Shown here in pieces: positions 13,713 to 25,507 of a stretch of DNA of 64,000 bases (the stretch's first letter is position 1; each line of letters starts with the position of its first letter). The translations under genes and the position numbers were made by a program. The notes under the pieces were generated by a model. That model saw only the letters and a list, made by a program, of their open reading frames with translations. It was not told where the DNA came from and did no database searches. The DNA comes from Lytechinus pictus (taxonomy: Eukaryota), in the NCBI RefSeq assembly GCF_037042905.1, contig NC_087251.1, positions 14,634,001 through 14,698,000 of the forward strand, in the 5' to 3' direction.

Positions 13713-16311
13713 AGAAATTGTGATATAAATAATATAAATTGCAATATAATATAAATAGCACTACATGCCCTATTCACATTTAGCTTTTGGAAATCAACAA
13801 CCATGTTGAATGTTGCTGCATGTGGAGTGCTAATCGCGTGCTACTGGAAAAAACATATTTTCCCAAATCTTCCTCTTCTTTTTTACCACTTCTTTGCCTA
13901 TTTCCTTATTTTTTTTATTCTATGTCATGCGGGGGCCTTTGGAAGACAAAAATGCCCCCCCCCCCTTCCTGCTTCCGGTGCATGTGGTTGCACACATGCT
14001 ACACAAATCATTCGTTATCTCTTTATGAGCAATCTTGAAGAAATGCAACGTCATTGTGGTTTCTGACTAGAATGACTTTGCCTCTTAAAAGTCTTAAGGA
14101 TACTGACCTCCACCATGTCCAAGTCTATGATTAAATTCCAGTTAATACAAAAGATGAAATATCCAGAAAAATCAAATTACTTCCTAACATATTTCTGTAA
14201 TGATTGTAATCAATCAATCTTCAATTTCGTGGATTTCTGAATATTGCAGGGACATCGGGATGAATGAAGAGTTTGGCTTAGTCAGACATCGGTTACATTG
14301 ATACAGTCACACCCATGAAGTCGACTCCAAACCAATCGATGGTATGGCATTCGAAACAATGTAATAGTTTTGATCGATCTGGAGTCGGTGTGGGAGTGTG
14401 GCTGTGGCATTTCTTCTATTGTCATTGGGATCTTTTCAACTCTTTACATCATTTATCGGCAATAAATTCAACCTCATCTCACGCATCAATTGAATCCTTG
14501 ATACATTCATCTTCCTTTCCGATAGTTATTTTCTATCCTCGCTCTGAGTCCATATTTGCTCTATATCCACCCGTTTCGCTTTCCCTCCCCTCTCTCTCTT
14601 TCATTATTTCTTTCATCATCTCTTTGTCCATTTCGGTATCACTTTTTTCTATCTATCTTCCAACATCTCTCTGCTTATCTCTCTTTGGCTCTTTTTTTTT
14701 ACCGTGTTCGTCTCTCTAACATGTTGCTTGTTTGTTTAAGTTGTTTCTCTCTTTTCTTTCTGTTAATGGCTCCTTTTTCGTTTTTAGACTGTCTTAACGT
14801 CTGGAGCATCTGAAGTGTTCGCACATCTACCCATCTCGTTCATTTAAAAGTATACTTCTTCTTTTTTGCCCACGCGAACTACAATGGGAATTTATTTATG
14901 GTCGGCAGACGTGAGCAGTTACGCAATAGTCGGGTCAAGATCAAACACCAAATACATGGACAATTTACACAGTATCTGTTTGATTTGCAATGACGTAAAG
15001 ACGTGACAACGATACAACAGTTCACAAAGCCTAGGTTGGCTGTTCAAATCCCAAATACGTGGAATCCCTCTCTTCTATAAGCACCGGAAGTAGAAAGTGT
15101 TCCACGTTGAATAGTTATTGAAACGCTTTCTCTATTTTGATATATTTTTTTCAATTGTGTACTTCAAAGACCAAACAAGCGTTTGTATGTTATAGTCACC
15201 CCCCCCCCCCCGATTCACCATGATACTTCACCGATATTGAGATGAAATTATTTAGGGACTGGATTGGACTCGTGTGGAGCAGTGGTATGACATAAAAAGA
15301 TCATTAGGTGGACTTGTTTGGTATGATGTAGATTCATGTACACAGTGAAATGATAGAATTAATAGAAATTCTTTATATCCATTTGATAATTGATGGTTGA
15401 ACATTCATAACGAGAAAATACAATGAAAAATAGATTGCGGGAATAGCGTTCACACAAATAAAAACCCAAACAAGACCTCAAAAGGATTTGGTAAAAAGAA
15501 AGATCTGAAATTCGCAATATCCTTATCATTATGAGATGATGAAGATGTGCTGTATATTTTAAGTTGCCTTATTTTGTGAAACGTATAATTTAAAGTAAAT
15601 ACTATTAACATCTTATCTAATCTTGGATCATTTCATATATATATTGTATTGTCCATGAATTTCTATCACTCATACTGTGTTATAGCTCAATGGTAGTAAG
15701 TGGATTTATGTTATCTCAAATTTGACGTTTCAGATATTATTTCACGATAATTTATAGTTATACAATATATTTCGCATATATTCTTGCGTGTTATTTGAAC
15801 AAGTATGATATGATGATTGTTAATTATCTGATTAGAGATTTTATGTTTTTTAATTTGTATAGATTTTATATTCTCCATGTTTTTGTGTGATCTGCGGTTC
15901 ATTAATGTTCTTTATATTTATTGATTGTTGAGGGACTATTGCTTGTTTTAGGTTCCAAATTGTTTAAATCATGATGGCGATAAACTAATTTCATTCATTT
16001 AAGTTCTGAAGTGCCGGGATTTACTTTCATTATAATTATAAATCTGTAGCTTTACAAAATACAGCTGTAGGCTATATGAATAAGAAGTAAAAATTGCAAG
16101 TATACTGCTTCAAATCATCTGGTAGTTTTAATCCTGGATTTAAAAAAAAAGTTTCAGCTAAAATTCAGCCATTCAAAAGATGAGGATTATTTTCAATCTC
16201 TTAAACTGAGTTTTTAATTGATGAAGGAAAACGTGATGAAATGATTTGTTTGCATTTTATCTCATCGTCCGAGGGTGATTGTAGAATGTGGTAAGAATGA
16301 GCAAACATGAC
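13713..16311. repeat. Tandem duplication, copy 1 (2599 bp)
   Basis: Sequence repeated at offset 2599 (before the MITE) and 3478 (after it); duplicated ORFs 13787/16386, 14315/17793, 15711/19189. Confidence 0.97.
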
Positions 16312-19300
16312 AGAAATTGTGATATAAATAATATAAATTGCAATATAATATAAATAGCACTACATGCCCTATTCACATTTAGCTTTTGGAAATCAACAAC
16401 CATGTTGAATGTTGCTGCATGTGGAGTGCTAATCGCGTGCTACTGGAAAAAACATATTTTCCCAAATCTTCCTCTTCTTTTTTACCACTTCTTTGCCTAT
16501 TTCCTTATTTTTTTTATTCTATGTCATGCGGGGGCCTTTGGAAGACAAAAATGCCCCCCCCCCCTTCCTGCTTCCGGTGCATGTGGTTGCACACATGCTA
16601 CACAAATCATTCGTTATCTGTTTATGAGCAATCTTGAAGAAATGCAACGTCATTGTGGTTTCTGACTAGAATGACTTTGCCTCTTAAAAGTCTTAAGAGG
16701 GCCGTCTGCACCATCCCGAAGTTTCAAATTAGCGCGCTATTTCTGATCCGGCAAATTATCCCGATCTGAAAAATCTCGAGATAGTTGGCGGTGCAGACGC
16801 AATTATCGCGCTAGTTCGTAGGATTAATCTCGAGATTGCAATCCCAAGTCAACTCGGGTTTATTTGCAAAATAGCGCGCTATTTTACGAATTATCCCGCT
16901 AATTCGTCGGTGCAGACGCACTCGAGATTGGACTCGGGGTAATTTATTCATGACGTCAGTCCATAATGCAATTCGCGTTCCACTTCCGCCTTGGTCAAAA
17001 CATAAACACGTGCGGAAGTCAACTTTATACATGCGAATAGCGTTCATAAGCAACGATGGTGTCCCACCAGTGAATGGATTTTGGGAGAGACCAGACCGAA
17101 GGGGGAGGCGCTCATCGACGATGGTCATATTCAATAACAACACTGACAGCAGTGTTGTCTTATTCCTTCGCAAAATGTGAGCAAATAGCATTTCTTTCCT
17201 CCTTCTCTCCCTCTCTCTCTCTCTGTCGTTGCCTCCTACTCCGCCATCATATTTAACGAAGAATACATCACTTCTTCACTCGCTGAGCTGAGAGGATTGT
17301 TGCATAACACCGGTTGAATTCGGCGAAAGTGCTAGTGAAAGGAGTACATTGCTTGCATATCGCGGGAAGTTATTCAAAAGCGCGGGCCGTTGAAACTCCA
17401 AGATCCGAAAGTGCGCATGCTCGTAATATCGGGCTTGTTGCCTCGCTCGAGCAGGAATCGCTGTCGTGGAATGGTGCAGACGGGGTTTCTTGAATCTCGA
17501 GATTAATCGCGAAGAGGGCTGATCGGGCTAAAATCTCGAGATTGAGCAAACTCGGGATGGTGCAGCACCGCCTAAGGATACTGACCTCCACCATGTCCAA
17601 GTCTATGATTAAATTCCAGTTAATACAAAAGATGAAATATCCAGAAAAATCAAATTACTTCCTAACATATTTCTGTAATGATTGTAATCAATCAATCTTC
17701 AATTTCGTGGATTTCTGAATATTGCAGGGACATCGGGATGAATGAAGAGTTTGGCTTAGTCAGACATCGGTTACATTGATACAGTCACACCCATGAAGTC
17801 GACTCCAAACCAATCGATGGTATGGCATTCGAAACAATGTAATAGTTTTGATCGATCTGGAGTCGGTGTGGGAGTGTGGCTGTGGCATTTCTTCTATTGT
17901 CATTGGGATCTTTTCAACTCTTTACATCATTTATCGGCAATAAATTCAACCTCATCTCACGCATCAATTGAATCCTTGATACATTCATCTTCCTTTCCGA
18001 TAGTTATTTTCTATCCTCGCTCTGAGTCCATATTTGCTCTATATCCACCCGTTTCGCTTTCCCTCCCCTCTCTCTCTTTCATTATTTCTTTCATCATCTC
18101 TTTGTCCATTTCGGTATCACTTTTTTCTATCTATCTTCCAACATCTCTCTGCTTATCTCTCTTTGGCTCTTTTTTTTTACCGTGTTCGTCTCTCTAACAT
18201 GTTGCTTGTTTGTTTAAGTTGTTTCTCTCTTTTCTTTCTGTTAATGGCTCCTTTTTCGTTTTTAGACTGTCTTAACGTCTGGAGCATCTGAAGTGTTCGC
18301 ACATCTACCCATCTCGTTCATTTAAAAGTATACTTCTTCTTTTTTGCCCACGCGAACTACAATGGGAATTTATTTATGGTCGGCAGACGTGAGCAGTTAC
18401 GCAATAGTCGGGTCAAGATCAAACACCAAATACATGGACAATTTACACAGTATCTGTTTGATTTGCAATGACGTAAAGACGTGACAACGATACAACAGTT
18501 CACAAAGCCTAGGTTGGCTGTTCAAATCCCAAATACGTGGAATCCCTCTCTTCTATAAGCACCGGAAGTAGAAAGTGTTCCACGTTGAATAGTTATTGAA
18601 ACGCTTTCTCTATTTTGATATATTTTTTTCAATTGTGTACTTCAAAGACCAAACAAGCGTTTGTATGTTATAGTCACCCCCCCCCCCCCGATTCACCATG
18701 ATACTTCACCGATATTGAGATGAAATTATTTAGGGACTGGATTGGACTCGTGTGGAGCAGTGGTATGACATAAAAAGATCATTAGGTGGACTTGTTTGGT
18801 ATGATGTAGATTCATGTACACAGTGAAATGATAGAATTAATTGAAATTCTTTATATCCATTTGATAATTGATGGTTGAACATTCATAACGAGAAAATACA
18901 ATGAAAAATAGATTGCGGGAATAGCGTTCACACAAATAAAAACCCAAACAAGACCTCAAAAGGATTTGGTAAAAAGAAAGATCTGAAATTCGCAATATCC
19001 TTATCATTATGAGATGATGAAGATGTGCTGTATATTTTAAGTTGCCTTATTTTGTGAAACGTATAATTTAAAGTAAATACTATTAACATCTTATCTAATC
19101 TTGGATCATTTCATATATATATTGTATTGTCCATGAATTTCTATCACTCATACTGTGTTATAGCTCAATGGTAGTAAGTGGATTTATGTTATCTCAAATT
19201 TGACGTTTCAGATATTATTTCACGATAATTTATAGTTATACAATATATTTCGCATATATTCTTGCGTGTTATTTGAACAAGTATGATATGATGATTGTTA

Positions 19301-19789
19301 ATTATCTGATTAGAGATTTTATGTTTTTTAATTTGTATAGATTTTATATTCTCCATGTTTTTGTGTGATCTGCGGTTCATTAATGTTCTTTATATTTATT
19401 GATTGTTGAGGGACTATTGCTTGTTTTAGGTTCCAAATTGTTTAAATCATGATGGCGATAAACTAATTTCATTCATTTAAGTTCTGAAGTGCCGGGATTT
19501 ACTTTCATTATAATTATAAATCTGTAGCTTTACAAAATACAGCTGTAGGCTATATGAATAAGAAGTAAAAATTGCAAGTATACTGCTTCAAATCATCTGG
19601 TAGTTTTAATCCTGGATTTAAAAAAAAAGTTTCAGCTAAAATTCAGCCATTCAAAAGATGAGGATTATTTTCAATCTCTTAAACTGAGTTTTTAATTGAT
19701 GAAGGAAAACGTGATGAAATGATTTGTTTGCATTTTATCTCATCGTCCGAGGGTGATTGTAGAATGTGGTAAGAATGAGCAAACATGAC
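16312..19789. repeat. Tandem duplication, copy 2 (contains extra MITE)
   Basis: Directly abuts copy 1; only two substitutions seen by eye (14021C/16620G, 15364A/18842T) plus the 879-bp insertion. Confidence 0.97.
16697..17572. mobile_element. PIF/Harbinger-like MITE, 876 bp
   Basis: TAA TSD (16694-16696, 17573-17575); empty site gtctTAAggatact in copy 1 at 14095-14097; imperfect TIR with core CTGCACCATCCCGA. Confidence 0.9.
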
Positions 19790-22056
19790 AAACCGATTTT
19801 TTTTTTAGGCGGCAGTCTCAGAGGACGTGAACAGTTAATCATCAACAACTTGGTTACGCATTGTTTCCATTGGTTTCCGTTCCTCTCATCCTTCTCAAAT
19901 ACTGACAGTGTCATCATTTTCCCTGAAAATTTCATTGGATTGTCCCATCTAGACTGAATTAGCTGCTCTCATGCTGCTGGTATGCTTGACACGGAAGAAC
20001 GCAGACACGTCACATCGTCGCCCGATTATCATTCAGTTTCGTCACCGGGCGACACGTGAAAAGGCACCGCGTAGGTACTCCACTTCATTCTATCTACTTT
20101 GATCTAGAAACACAAAGAGATCCTCAGTCAACATATAGAGACAAATATATTGGTGCATTGTTTCTCAGCAGCTCATATCTGTTTTGACATGGACAGTTGA
20201 TTTTATTCGGACAGTTACATTGTACATTGTGTCATTAAGGTTTAATGATCACGTCGGTATTTTTTAATGAACGTTAATTCATTTGCATCGAAGGTGGCGT
20301 CTACTTTTTAACGCCAGGTCGTGTAAGGTCAACTGTGTCCGGTAATGTGCCTAGATATCACAAGGGAGCACAAGAGTTAAGCTTTCTACAAATTTAGTTC
20401 GGCCAATGATTGATTAGATTTTCTACGCTGTCATTCAGCCGATTTGCAAAGCAGTTCCCTGTTACAGATGTGCCTTATCGAATCATTGTTCATTCCGCAA
20501 AGGTGACATTCGTCAAAGGTAGGGAAGAATTACTGGTTATTATGCACCTTAAGATTTAGGAGTTATGGGGCTCCTCTTTAGTTCTTGCATTCTTGCATGT
20601 CAATGTTTCAATATACCAATTAATACAGTGGCGGATTTAATATAAGAAACTGCATGACTGTGTTGTAGTAAAACAGATCATAAAAGGTTGTGTCTTTCAA
20701 AGCATTTCATATTTCAATGGTCAGATGTGGAATACGAGCTTTCCATCGAACATAATTTATAGCGATCAAAATGGTTTCATCATTGAATCAGATGTAAGCT
20801 TTTAAAACACAAATTACTTTCTATCGAAAAGCCAACGATTAAAATTTCATTTTTAAATAATTTTTCGTTATCTCAAAATGTTAAAGCTCTGTAATTCCAG
20901 TTTGTAAGAAAAGATATCTCAAATACCTATTAGAACATATTTTTTGTAGTTATTATCATAATTTCGTAAAATGATTTATTGATGTGTATCACCAATTGCG
21001 TTCATATTTGTCAAAAATTGATTTTCATTACAAGCATTGAAATTTGGTAAATTGGCCATCTCGTAGCCGTTATCACATAATTCCATTGATCAATATTTCT
21101 AGGAGTAGGGTAATTGCGTCATTTGAGTTCCGGATTACCTTCATTCATGCATGGTTCGTGTGTGAGATTACAGCTACCATTCCATCATCGTGGTATGGTG
21201 GTCTTGAATATTATTATTTTCAATAAATTGCGCCATTTCCCTTCCCATAAATAATTAGTTTCCAGATTGGTACACATGTCCAAAACATGTATCCATCATC
21301 GTTCATGTTTGTAAATTTCTTATTGAATTGCGAAATTTGATTTTATCTTTACCATAAATCTCGAATATAATGGCTCCATATCAGATCTCGAGTACTGATT
21401 TGATCACGAATGTCTGTCCATGGAGCTAACAAATGGTCTGTCTGTGGTTATATCTCTACCGTAATGCGATTCCCTGCCAGTAGCAAGCATATTTGCATTT
21501 GGACTCTTCAGATGGTGGTTTAGATTTTCTCATGTTATAATGAACTTCATCAGGAGTACAATGTATTGAACCCTATTTGATTTTGTAAGTCTATACTGGA
21601 TCAGATGTGCTTTATCATCTGCTCATTAAGACATAATGTGAGTTCAGTAAATTGTAGGTTGCTAAATATTTATATTTGATATACATTTCACGACGATGTC
21701 TGATTTTTTAAATCTGTAAGATTTATGGGACATCAATGTTCGTTTTGGTGACTCTCTATGCATTATACAAGCTAAGTAATTCAAGTGTAATCATTTTAGT
21801 TCGCGGTTGCATTAAGTTCAATCAAATTGATGGAATACTTCGTGGACGCATTTTGTAAAGAAAGGAAAATCTGAATGCAAATGAATAAAAATTCAGGTTT
21901 ATGAATATCTTTCTTTCTTTCTTGACCATATACACGACTGTTATTTTGTATTGCGATTAAATGTATTTTATTACCAATCAAGTACACAGTGTTTCCTCTT
22001 AATCTTCGCACAGCCTCAGATCTTCGAAATCAACTCCTGAATCTTCCTCCTTCAAC

Positions 22057-22257
22057 ATGGTGTCCACCATTCAAACTTTAACCACTGCCACGATGCTAGT
22101 TGTCATGACGTCACATCTTGCCACTGCCAACTTCGACCCTGCGACTGCCATTGATTGCTACGTACACACCGGAATGAAACATGTGGCGGAAAAAACCGGC
22201 TGCGACTCAAGCGTCATCAACGTCCGGGGTTGCTGGGGTAGATGTGACAGTTACCAG
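22057..22257 (+). CDS. GPB5: GPB5-like coding exon 1 (67 codons)
   Basis: ATG at 22057, donor CAG|GTACTT at 22257/22258. An upstream pyrimidine-rich acceptor (ttcctcttaatcttcgcacag, ending 22013) implies an upstream non-coding exon. Confidence 0.92.
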
Positions 22258-25200
22258 GTACTTATCTCGATAAAAAAAATATACGACTTTCATTTTGTAC
22301 TGCCAATTGTACCGCAAAGACTCATGCCCATTAATTTCCACCCTTCTCTCTTGAATACTCCATTTAACTTCTAATATCAACCTAAATCATGCATGCGACT
22401 TTGTACTCAACTACAATATACATTATTGGTTAAAATAAAAGATGATTACACACTTTGTATATTCGGGGTTTTTAAGATCATTATTTACGATTTGTCTCTA
22501 TTTTCTTGTTCCTGACCATAGGTTCCTCTGATTGTTTTTTCGAATAATACAAGATCTCTAAACTAGTAACGCGCATTATCTTGCTAATGGTTATATAGGT
22601 AAATATATGTATAGACGACCCCAATAGAACAATGAGGTTCACAAAAAGTTTATTACTGATTATCAAGTAAAATTTTATGCTGACGATGATGGCACCAGCT
22701 GTTTGTTGGGTGAATCAGAACACAAACCGCGTCTAATGGTAGTAGATTTCAGGGTCCATTAGTAGAGTTACTTAAAAGCAATTTGATTTACTAGTAGCTG
22801 AAGCTGTATGATTTTTGACCAGTATATTGAGGTATGCATTAAGACTATCAATAGACAATAGGCATCCCTAAATGTATTAGCACTGCCACTGATGATTCTA
22901 AAACAAATTAGCCCCAAATTAGCCCATATAACCAAAAAATACCAGCGGCGCAACTACGCTTTTCCTGTATTCTCGTTTCATTGTGTCTGTTCGATTCTAC
23001 ATCCTGAATCTTCCAGAACCTTGTATTCAATCTCTTATCACACTTAGAATAGTGTTAGAATCTTCCCCATTATCGCGCTTAGTTAAATCCGTATCACTTT
23101 TCATTGGGAAAAGGAGGTGGTTGTGCGTTTGGGTATTGGAAGGTGTAAATGGTGGTGATTAAACACAATAAGATAATTGAGAGGCTAACCGGTTTAATAC
23201 TCAGAACTTTGGTTCTCCAGCATCATGGTCGTGTAAACCATTGTCTTTTTCTGGCCTTGGCTTCCCCGGTAAAAACTCGTATGTTCTGTATATTTGGAGT
23301 AGCAACCATCACAAGAGTAAGAATTGTGTTGACAAAAATCCTGTAAGAAATATCGATATTTACCGCATTATTAAATAAAACGACTTGTTCCAAGATGATC
23401 CCAACGGTCCCCAGATAAATTCAAAGGATGTGTTCCTATTTGTTTTGCAATCCTAAGTCGATTTCCGTCAAAAAACATCTAGAAAATGTACGTCCGTCAT
23501 AGCCGACCGTAGTTTAAAAAAAAAGCCATAATTTTTACTCCATGACCAAAAAAATGTATGGGCGCCAACGATGACTTACAGCACAGATTTTCAAAAGGAG
23601 ACCGGTTGTATGATTTTGACGTTTGATTTTTATTAAAATTCGAAATAAAGTTTTGGTGCACACCATTTCCTGTTGGAGTGGTGTGCGTACCTAACCGCTA
23701 TAGTTGAAATAGGTAATTCAAAATAAATAGGCGAAACCGCTTTCCTTTCTTTGAAAGCTAAGCAACATTTTCCATGGTCATGAATATGAAAAGTTTACAT
23801 GGATCCAGCTCACTCTTTTCTCAAAGAATATTTAAGAATTAGTCGAATCCACGTCCTTTGCTTCATAGTATGGTAAAAGCTACACTCTAAATTACAGGGA
23901 TTTAAAATAAGTCCAGATGGACTGTAGCTAGGGACCAATCGATTTCTGAATTTAGTTTTAATCCTAACGACTTAAATTTAAATCTCAAATGATTTAAATT
24001 TAAATCTTTCGAGATTTAAAAATGAATCTTAAGGATTCAAACTAAATCCGGAATTCGATTGGTCCCTAACTACAGTCCATGTGGACTTGTTTTAAATCCC
24101 TGTAATTTAGAGTGTACTTAAATATAGACCTTACACATTGCCGTAATGGGGCCGTAATCGCTCTGCCATAGAGGCTGAATCCATTGCTTGCATGCGTTGG
24201 TGATCTCCAGCTAGCGCATCTCTGACTTCATATATCACTTATGGGAGGGCGCTATGAGATTATGCCGTCATGTTCAAAAGGTCTATTTTCTCTTGACTGA
24301 ATTATTTCAAGTGAGATTGATTTTGTCGTAAAAATTCAGCATTTTTTTTAAAATATTCATTCAGGTTTTCTGCCTTCTCTAAAACCTATAAGATCAGTAA
24401 TGCATATTATATAAGTTCTCCTTTGTCTTGTTTGTCATTGGAAAAAAGTTTATGCAGAAAAAAAGCAAGACTTAAGATTGAAAAAAAAACTTGAGGAAAA
24501 GGGAAAATTGAGATGCGTAAAATAACCTGGGGACACTACTTTCATAATATGCAAAATATTAAGATATGCGGATTTCAGAGAGAAGAATTCGATCCCTTTT
24601 CCCAAGTAACAGGCTCCGTGGAACCGGAGAAAGTACCAACTGTCATTTCTTCTTGGTCAGTCCCGCCCCCCCCCCCCCACTTTCAAAATCGTTCCACGGC
24701 CCCTAAGCAAAAGAAAAAGTAATCCTGTGTCGACAACATAATTGAAACTGACGATGGATTGATGAGGGCCATTTAAAAGTTATCTTTACCTTTTGTAATG
24801 TAGATATTGGAATAGTAAATTTAATCAAATAACCGCTCGATCTCCTCATCCCAGGGAGATTAAGTCTTTTTAATTCATTTAGATGCACATAATACATGAT
24901 CATTGGTCTGATATTTAATTCTTTAAAGTGGTTTTCGCTTAACTCGCCAAAGCTTTGATAATATTAAAAATAATAAATTGGACTTGTACCGCGCTAAATC
25001 TACCATGTAGAGTGCTTAAAACACTTTGATGATACATTCCTTGTTTATTATATTAAAAGCACTAGCGTACCTACGGGGGGGGCAGAGGGGCAGTCTGCCC
25101 CCCTGACGAGCCATCACCCATGCATGTATCCCTGCCCCCCCTGACGAGCTTGAAAGACCTTTTTGCCCCCCCCCCCCCCTGACGAAAATCCTGGAAAATC

Positions 25201-25507
25201 CTAGGTACGCCACTGGTTAAAAGTAAAAACAATCATGACAATGTGACTACGGGAAGTAGAATGTTGTAAATTATTTCATCTCTTGATTTATTTTTACCAG
25301 GTGCCATCGCTTCTTACCAAACTCTTTGATGTCAGTCATCCTGTCTGTACACCGGTTAGCTACAAGAACATCACGATAACTCTGGATAACTGCGCTCCTG
25401 GCATTGACCCGACCTTCTCTTACGTAGAAGCCACCACATGCGGTTGCAGGAAGGTCAGGGGTGGGGCCGTCCACTACGGCTACAGACCAGACTACTTTCT
25501 TCCTTGA
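22057..25507 (+). CDS. GPB5: Glycoprotein hormone beta-5-like (thyrostimulin beta) subunit; spliced CDS join(22057..22257,25301..25507), 135 aa
   Basis: Spliced protein MVSTIQTLTTATMLVVMTSHLATANFDPATAIDCYVHTGMKHVAEKTGCDSSVINVRGCWGRCDSYQ|VPSLLTKLFDVSHPVCTPVSYKNITITLDNCAPGIDPTFSYVEATTCGCRKVRGGAVHYGYRPDYFLP. It has a signal-peptide-like N-terminus and the GPB5 hallmarks CWGRC, HPVC, L.NC.PG.DP...Y..A..C.C. The phase-0 GT-AG intron (22258-25300) follows CWGRCxxxx, the conserved GPB5 intron position. Confidence 0.93.
22600..23100 (-). pseudogene. Possible highly decayed Penelope RT remnant in the GPB5 intron
   Basis: Degenerate WYFL, RIISGS and GAIIVS pieces occur in the order expected for FYxLPK / RPIISG / ILVSxD; frames are broken. 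Confidence 0.3.
23883..24114. mobile_element. Fold-back (palindromic) MITE in the GPB5 intron
   Basis: Near-perfect inverted arms of ~85+ bp (CACTCTAAATTACAGGGATTTAAAA...); TA flanks. Confidence 0.88.
25060..25215. mobile_element. hAT-like MITE in the GPB5 intron, 85 nt before exon 2
   Basis: Ends CACTAGCGTACCTA / TAGGTACGCCACTG; 8-bp TSD ATTAAAAG / GTTAAAAG. Confidence 0.8.
25301..25507 (+). CDS. GPB5: GPB5-like coding exon 2 (68 aa + TGA)
   Basis: Acceptor tttatttttaccag ends at 25300; frame continues from exon 1; stop TGA at 25505-25507. Confidence 0.92.
   Translation: MPSLLTKLFDVSHPVCTPVSYKNITITLDNCAPGIDPTFSYVEATTCGCRKVRGGAVHYGYRPDYFLP

Noticed and set aside
13787..19380. Duplicated ORFs (83, 87, 134, 85, 63 aa) as duplicated genes
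   Set aside because: Low-complexity translations with no recognisable domain; identity simply reflects the DNA duplication.
22258..22374. Tail of the 105-aa ORF as coding sequence
   Set aside because: Read-through into the intron after a donor site; the missing Cys are supplied by the exon at 25301.
25103..25190. CTGACGA...GAAA as a hammerhead core
   Set aside because: No stem II or stem I; these are internal repeats of a hAT-like MITE.
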